This document shows positions 59,569 through 64,000 of a stretch of DNA of 64,000 bases, one piece after another. The position numbers and the translations under genes are program-made. Position 1 is the stretch's first letter, and every line of letters begins with the position of its first letter. The notes under the pieces were generated by a model. The model did no database searches. It was not told the origin of the DNA and worked only from the letters and a program-made list of their open reading frames with translations. Origin of the DNA: an uncultured Gammaproteobacteria bacterium (lineage in GTDB: Bacteria; Pseudomonadota; Gammaproteobacteria; UBA4575); contig CAXBLY010000002.1 in the NCBI GenBank assembly GCA_963976865.1, positions 152,539-216,538 on the forward strand. Direction: 5' to 3'.

Positions 59569-60450
59569 ATGTATCTAGCCCACGTCATCGCGCGGCAAGG
59601 CAAAACTTTTATTGTCGAAGATGAACACGGTGAACAGCATGCCTGTCATGCAAGAAGCAAATCGGTCGACGCAGTATGTGGTGATAATGTTGAGTGTGAA
59701 ACAAAAAGCCAGTCTAAAGACGTTATCGAAAAAATATGCGCACGTAAAAACCAGATCACACGCATAGACAATTTCAGGCGTGAGAAAACAATTGCCGCCA
59801 ATATTGATCATATTATTATTGTTGTCGCCGCCACTCCGGCATTCTCAACCCTGCTGATTGATAAATACCTGGCCTGCGCCGAACTTAACCACTGCAAGGC
59901 AACATTAGTCATCAACAAGGCCGAAATGCTTAATGACTACCACGTTGACATCACACCACTGGAGACCACCTACAAGGATTTAGTCGACAACTTTATCATT
60001 GCCAGCGCCAAACTGGGCTATGGCATCCAGACACTACGGTTAGCTCTGACAAACGAAACCAGTATATTGGTTGGCCAGTCAGGTGTTGGGAAATCATCAT
60101 TAATCAACCGCCTTCTCAACAACAATAATATAAGAGTCGGCGAACTCTCTGAAAACATACAACAGGGAAAACACACCACTACCAATGCTTTCGCTCACAA
60201 CATAAATAACAGCGGCCGGCTTATCGACTCCCCTGGCGTACGCACCTTTATGCCCGTGTTCAAAGACGTAAAACAGGTTATGCTGGGTTACAGCGAATTC
60301 CTGCCTCACATTGGCCGATGCAAATTCTCTGACTGCCAACACATAAAAGAACCCGGTTGCGCAATTAAAGCCGCCGTGGATAACAACACCATTCACCCAC
60401 AACGCTACCAAAGCTACCTTGAAAACAGACAGGAAGTGATCAGCACATAA
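59569..60450 (+). CDS. rsgA: Ribosome small subunit-dependent GTPase A
   Basis: IAANID, GQSGVGKSS, GKHTT, DSPG and the Zn site CKFSDCQH..EPGC. Confidence 0.95.
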   Translation: MYLAHVIARQGKTFIVEDEHGEQHACHARSKSVDAVCGDNVECETKSQSKDVIEKICARKNQITRIDNFRREKTIAANIDHIIIVVAATPAFSTLLIDKYLACAELNHCKATLVINKAEMLNDYHVDITPLETTYKDLVDNFIIASAKLGYGIQTLRLALTNETSILVGQSGVGKSSLINRLLNNNNIRVGELSENIQQGKHTTTNAFAHNINNSGRLIDSPGVRTFMPVFKDVKQVMLGYSEFLPHIGRCKFSDCQHIKEPGCAIKAAVDNNTIHPQRYQSYLENRQEVIST

Positions 60451-60586
60451 CTGACAAAACAACCTTCATACCACCCATTACTATATTGTAATCCAGCATT
60501 CCTACCTTGCCTTTTTGCGCGGCAGTCAACAACACTTCCATTCCCAGCAAGACTAACCCACCGCCATTTGCGAAAGCTCATCTGTT

Positions 60587-60728
60587 GATACCGCCATCAT
60601 CATCCATACCGACGTTCGTCTTCACCGAAATTGCCATCTACACCATCATTGCCACTTACACCGCCAAGACCATCCATACTGCTATCAACGTTCACACCGT
60701 CATTAACACTCACACTGTCATTCCCGCG
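60587..60728 (+). repeat. Degenerate 18-bp tandem repeat array (8 units)
   Basis: Units start at 60587, 60605 (16 bp), 60621, 60639, 60657, 60675, 60693 and 60711; approximate consensus YAYACYGYCATYRMCRYY. Confidence 0.75.
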
Positions 60729-60743
60729 AAAGCGGGAATCCAG
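60717..60743. repeat. dRS3/REP-like palindrome
   Basis: GTCATTCCCGCGAAAGCGGGAATCCAG: 8-bp stem with GAAA loop, fits ATTCCC-N8-GGGAAT. Confidence 0.85.
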
Positions 60744-60912
60744 CAAATACAAGATAAAACCCAAATATATACAGTGATAATAGTTGCATATTACATCTAT
60801 TAATTCTATAGTTATTTCATGTACTTACCCATACAGCTTCCAAGTCATTCAACAAGGTTGTGCATTACACGCACACCTGTTGAGACCATTCGTTAGACAT
60901 TAGATTAAAAAC

Positions 60913-61623
60913 ATGGAAATAATCTTAGCGCTTGCAGTTCTTGCTATCATTGCTTTAGTAGTATTTGCAGCACTTAAAAATAAAACTGGCAATAACAGCG
61001 AAGAATTCTCCTACACAAAAAAGGCCGAGTTCCTGAGTAACGCGGAGCGTTCATTTTTTGGAGTACTGGTTCAGGCTGTTGACAATCACGGCACTGTTCT
61101 GGCGAAAGTTCGGGTAGCAGATGTACTTGCGCCCAAAAAAGGAAATGATAAATCCACATGGCAAAAAGCGTTTAATCGCATTTCAGCCAAACATTTTGAT
61201 TTCATCATTTGTGAATCGTCGTCACTCGATCCAATAGTCGCCGTAGAGCTTGATGACCGGTCCCACAAAAGCAAATCAGCTTCAAAACGAGATGCCATCA
61301 AAGACTCATCCTGCGAATCCGCCGGGGTTCCATTGGTTCGCATCAAAGCCGCGCACAGCTATGTTGTCTCTGATCTTCGGCAAATGCTAGCTGATCATCT
61401 CCCAGGCTTAAGCGTTCAATCTGCTAAGCCATCTCTTGAAACCGCCAAATCCAAGCTAACAACAGAGTCTGAACCAAGATTACAATCCAGTTCTCCTTCG
61501 TGCCCAAAATGCAATTCCGACATGTTACTCAGAGAAAGCAAAAAAGGTAAACATGCAGGTAAGAAATTTTGGGGTTGCAGCCAGTTCCCGAACTGCCGTG
61601 GTGTTTTTCTGGTTGACACCTAA
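60913..61623 (+). CDS. DUF2726 domain plus C-terminal topoisomerase-type C4 Zn finger protein
   Basis: N-terminal TM; FLSNAERSFF, KVRVADVL, KHFDFII and VELDDRSH; CPKC...FWGCSQFPNC. Confidence 0.85.
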   Translation: MEIILALAVLAIIALVVFAALKNKTGNNSEEFSYTKKAEFLSNAERSFFGVLVQAVDNHGTVLAKVRVADVLAPKKGNDKSTWQKAFNRISAKHFDFIICESSSLDPIVAVELDDRSHKSKSASKRDAIKDSSCESAGVPLVRIKAAHSYVVSDLRQMLADHLPGLSVQSAKPSLETAKSKLTTESEPRLQSSSPSCPKCNSDMLLRESKKGKHAGKKFWGCSQFPNCRGVFLVDT

Positions 61624-61784
61624 CAAAATTATATGAAGAAAAACTTTTCCAACAGATTCATGGAATATGGCCGAACGCTGTATAGCAGCGCCAGCAATTG
61701 AAGCATTACAAACCACTACAGTACAAAATATTGTATAATTTATTACAGCAAGCACCAATTCCCGCTATTCACACATAATTGCAC

Positions 61785-62006
61785 ATGACTATTGTCGAAA
61801 TCACATCTGAACCTGTCGAACTGTATAAAATATTAAAATTTGAAGGCGTGGTGTCCAGCGGTGCTGAAGCGAAGTCTGTGATTGCAGATGGGCAAGTGCA
61901 TGTAAACAATGAGATTGAAACCCGCAAGCGCAAAAAAATAGTATCTGGTGACATGATTGAATTTGCGGGTGAAAAAATGCAGATTCAACTCATACAATCC
62001 TCTTAA
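61785..62006 (+). CDS. S4-domain RNA-binding protein (YbcJ/YaaA-like)
   Basis: LYKILK...SGAEAK...GQVHVN...ETRKRKKI..GD. Confidence 0.9.
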   Translation: MTIVEITSEPVELYKILKFEGVVSSGAEAKSVIADGQVHVNNEIETRKRKKIVSGDMIEFAGEKMQIQLIQSS

Positions 62007-62109
62007 CCAGACTCACTATCAATATTAGCGGCCTGCGTGGCTTTAATTTTCTGCACTGTTTTTGCCAAAATACATTATCATTAAGAAATCATTTCATCAG
62101 GATAAAACT

Positions 62110-63099
62110 ATGGACTTTGCTGCTGATTTACTTTCCAGCCCATTATTATGGATTGCGCTAGTCATCCTATATACCCTAAAGAAAGGGATTCATTTTGTTC
62201 CCCAGAACCGCGGCTATGTCATCTATACGTTTGGCAAATATGACAAAACATTATCTTCAGGCCTGAATTTTATTATTCCCTTCATTCAAACAGTAGCGGC
62301 GGATCAAAGCCTGAAAGAGGAAGCACTGGATATTTCCTCACAGTCAGCCATCACTAAAGATAATATTTCATTACAGATTGATGGCATTCTTTTTATGAAA
62401 GTCACTGATGCTGCTGCCGCTACCAATAACGTCACTGATTATAAAATGGCGGTTATTCAGCTCGCAATGACCACTATGCGTAACGCAATAGGATCAATGG
62501 AACTTGATGAATGTTTCCAAAGTCGCGATAACATTAACGCCACCATATTAAATGCGATGACGGAAGCCACCCAACCATGGGGTGTTATGGTGACACGTTA
62601 TGAAATTAAAGATATTTCTCCTCCCCAGTCGATTCGCGAAGACATGGAAAAGCAGATGACAGCAGAGCGTGAAAAGCGTTCTGTTATTTTGACTGCAGAA
62701 GGCGTTAAAACCTCTGCTATCACTGAAGCAGAAGGCTTAAAAGCTGCACGAGTACTGGACGCAGAAGCGGCTAAAGCGGAGCAGGTACTTGCCGCGGAAG
62801 CTGATAAGGAAGCACAAATTTTACAAGCCATGGGTAAAGCCACTGCTATTCGACTAGTTGCTGAAGCTGATGCCAGTGCGCTGAAAACGGTGGGCGAGAT
62901 TGCCAAAACCGAATCAGGTGAATCAGCAATGACATTACAACTGGGACGGGAAGCTATCGCCGCACATCGTGCGATTGCCGCTGAAAGTACGGTCGTCTTA
63001 AGTGATGGCAAAACCAGTGAAAATGTTGTCAATACCGTGGCACAGGCAATTGCTGTTTCCAGTAGTCTGAAATTGCCTAACCAGCCTGAAGGAGCCTAG
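62110..63099 (+). CDS. SPFH/band-7 protein (QmcA-like)
   Basis: GLNFIIPFI, ITKDN, TTMRNAIG, PWGVMVTRYEIKDI and QMTAEREKR. Confidence 0.92.
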   Translation: MDFAADLLSSPLLWIALVILYTLKKGIHFVPQNRGYVIYTFGKYDKTLSSGLNFIIPFIQTVAADQSLKEEALDISSQSAITKDNISLQIDGILFMKVTDAAAATNNVTDYKMAVIQLAMTTMRNAIGSMELDECFQSRDNINATILNAMTEATQPWGVMVTRYEIKDISPPQSIREDMEKQMTAEREKRSVILTAEGVKTSAITEAEGLKAARVLDAEAAKAEQVLAAEADKEAQILQAMGKATAIRLVAEADASALKTVGEIAKTESGESAMTLQLGREAIAAHRAIAAESTVVLSDGKTSENVVNTVAQAIAVSSSLKLPNQPEGA

Positions 63100-63101
63100 T
63101 C

Positions 63102-63578
63102 GTGAATATCGTGCATTACTTCGCTGAGCACCATGATCATTTGTTTTATCTGATTGCTGGCGTCAGTTTCATTGTAGAACTGGCCGTTATTGGTTTAGGT
63201 GGCCCGTTACTGTTTATTGCAATTGCCAGTTTTATAACCGGAATACTGATAGGACTAGGTGTCATATCGGGCTGGGAAATGGAAATATTTACACTAGGCA
63301 TACTCACTGCAATCACCACCCTGCTTTTATGGAAACCTTTAAAGAATTTTCAGAATTCTGGAGGCGGTGCCGATACCAGTAGCGATATGATTGGCAGACA
63401 AGTCACTGCCAGCAGTGAGATTAGTACAAGCTCGGGAACGATTCGTTATTCAGGAATTGACTGGAATAGCCGCCTGGATAGTCATGCAGGTGTCGATGCG
63501 ATTGCCAATGGAGCAAAGTGCACCATTACATCAGTGGATGGGAATATAATGATCGTTAAACCTGACATATCTCGCTAG
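63102..63578 (+). CDS. NfeD-family membrane protein (YbbJ-like)
   Basis: Three TM helices and a C-terminal OB-fold (MIGR...G.IRYSG..W); paired with the SPFH gene. Confidence 0.85.
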   Translation: MNIVHYFAEHHDHLFYLIAGVSFIVELAVIGLGGPLLFIAIASFITGILIGLGVISGWEMEIFTLGILTAITTLLLWKPLKNFQNSGGGADTSSDMIGRQVTASSEISTSSGTIRYSGIDWNSRLDSHAGVDAIANGAKCTITSVDGNIMIVKPDISR

Positions 63579-63632
63579 CTCCACTCATATGCTTAAGCAT
63601 TAAATTTTACTCATACATATATAAGGCCCAAC

Positions 63633-63899
63633 TTGAAAATAGATATTTATAACAGCGCCATTAAGGGCGATAAATTTTTATCCGTTCCTAAAGGCACAAA
63701 GATCAGCGATTTAAAATTACCGGAATCCGTTGATAAAGATTTATTAACACTGTCCCCGTTCAGAACCCGTTTAGAGGTTGAACCTGGAAAAACGCATCCG
63801 GCACTCGACCAGAAAGACGTGCTCAGACAGATCGAAAAAAACGGATATGCCATTCATGGCACGACATTATTGCTGAAAATCGGTGAAAATTCGAAATAA
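63633..63899 (+). CDS. YcgL-like small protein
   Basis: IYNS.K..KFLSV...LDQKDVLRQIEKNGYAIH resembles the YcgL pattern; TTG start. Confidence 0.55.
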   Translation: MKIDIYNSAIKGDKFLSVPKGTKISDLKLPESVDKDLLTLSPFRTRLEVEPGKTHPALDQKDVLRQIEKNGYAIHGTTLLLKIGENSK

Positions 63900-64000
63900 T
63901 CGCGGTTTAAACTGGATTTTATCCCTCAAACAGCCAATTAAAATGTGTATATAGGCCAGCCTTCAGTTACACTCAGGCCTGTCGTTTTATTTACACAGTT

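Noticed and set aside
60587-60743. CRISPR array
   Set aside because: The period is 18 bp with no invariant 23-47-bp repeat or unique spacers, and no cas genes are in the window.
1-64000. Prophage, IS, integrase, tRNA, rRNA or riboswitch marking the C1 region as a mobile island
   Set aside because: None recognised by eye. GC content and skew were not computed, so horizontal origin remains untested; tRNAscan and Infernal were not run.

Overview
A 64-kb chromosomal window from what looks like a marine gammaproteobacterium (inferred from Na+-NQR, type IVa minor pilins and the nadB/rpoE-rseAB-mucD-lepA block). From left to right it holds: nqrABCDE plus partial nqrF; a CDF exporter and a DUF1223 gene; a fimT-pilVWX-pilY1-(pilY2-like)-pilE operon; and a ~34-kb one-carbon/organosulfur region (16.2-50.1 kb). 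That region carries methylofuran/H4MPT biosynthesis genes, fae, mch, mtdB, mptG, fhcBADC, a glycerol(phosphodiester) trio, a methanethiol oxidase module (mtoX-SCO-MauG-like-2xTlpA, plus a second SCO), pcbD, a two-subunit NAD-linked formate dehydrogenase and folP. Core genes follow (lepA, mucD, rseBA, rpoE, nadB, orn, rsgA), then a degenerate 18-bp tandem array ending in a dRS3/REP-like palindrome, and a few accessory genes. I saw no rRNA, tRNA, CRISPR array, integrase or transposase. The best candidate for an undescribed system is the 407-aa protein directly behind fae. It appears to join a Ros/MucR-like Zn finger, a catalytically dead LAGLIDADG-like region and a PTPS/QueD domain that has lost one Zn-ligand His. 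It could be a pterin-sensing regulator of this otherwise regulator-free, apparently complete methanethiol-to-CO2 gene cluster, whose promoters share a WACTAGTA(G) motif. All family assignments come from motif recognition by eye; no database search was run.
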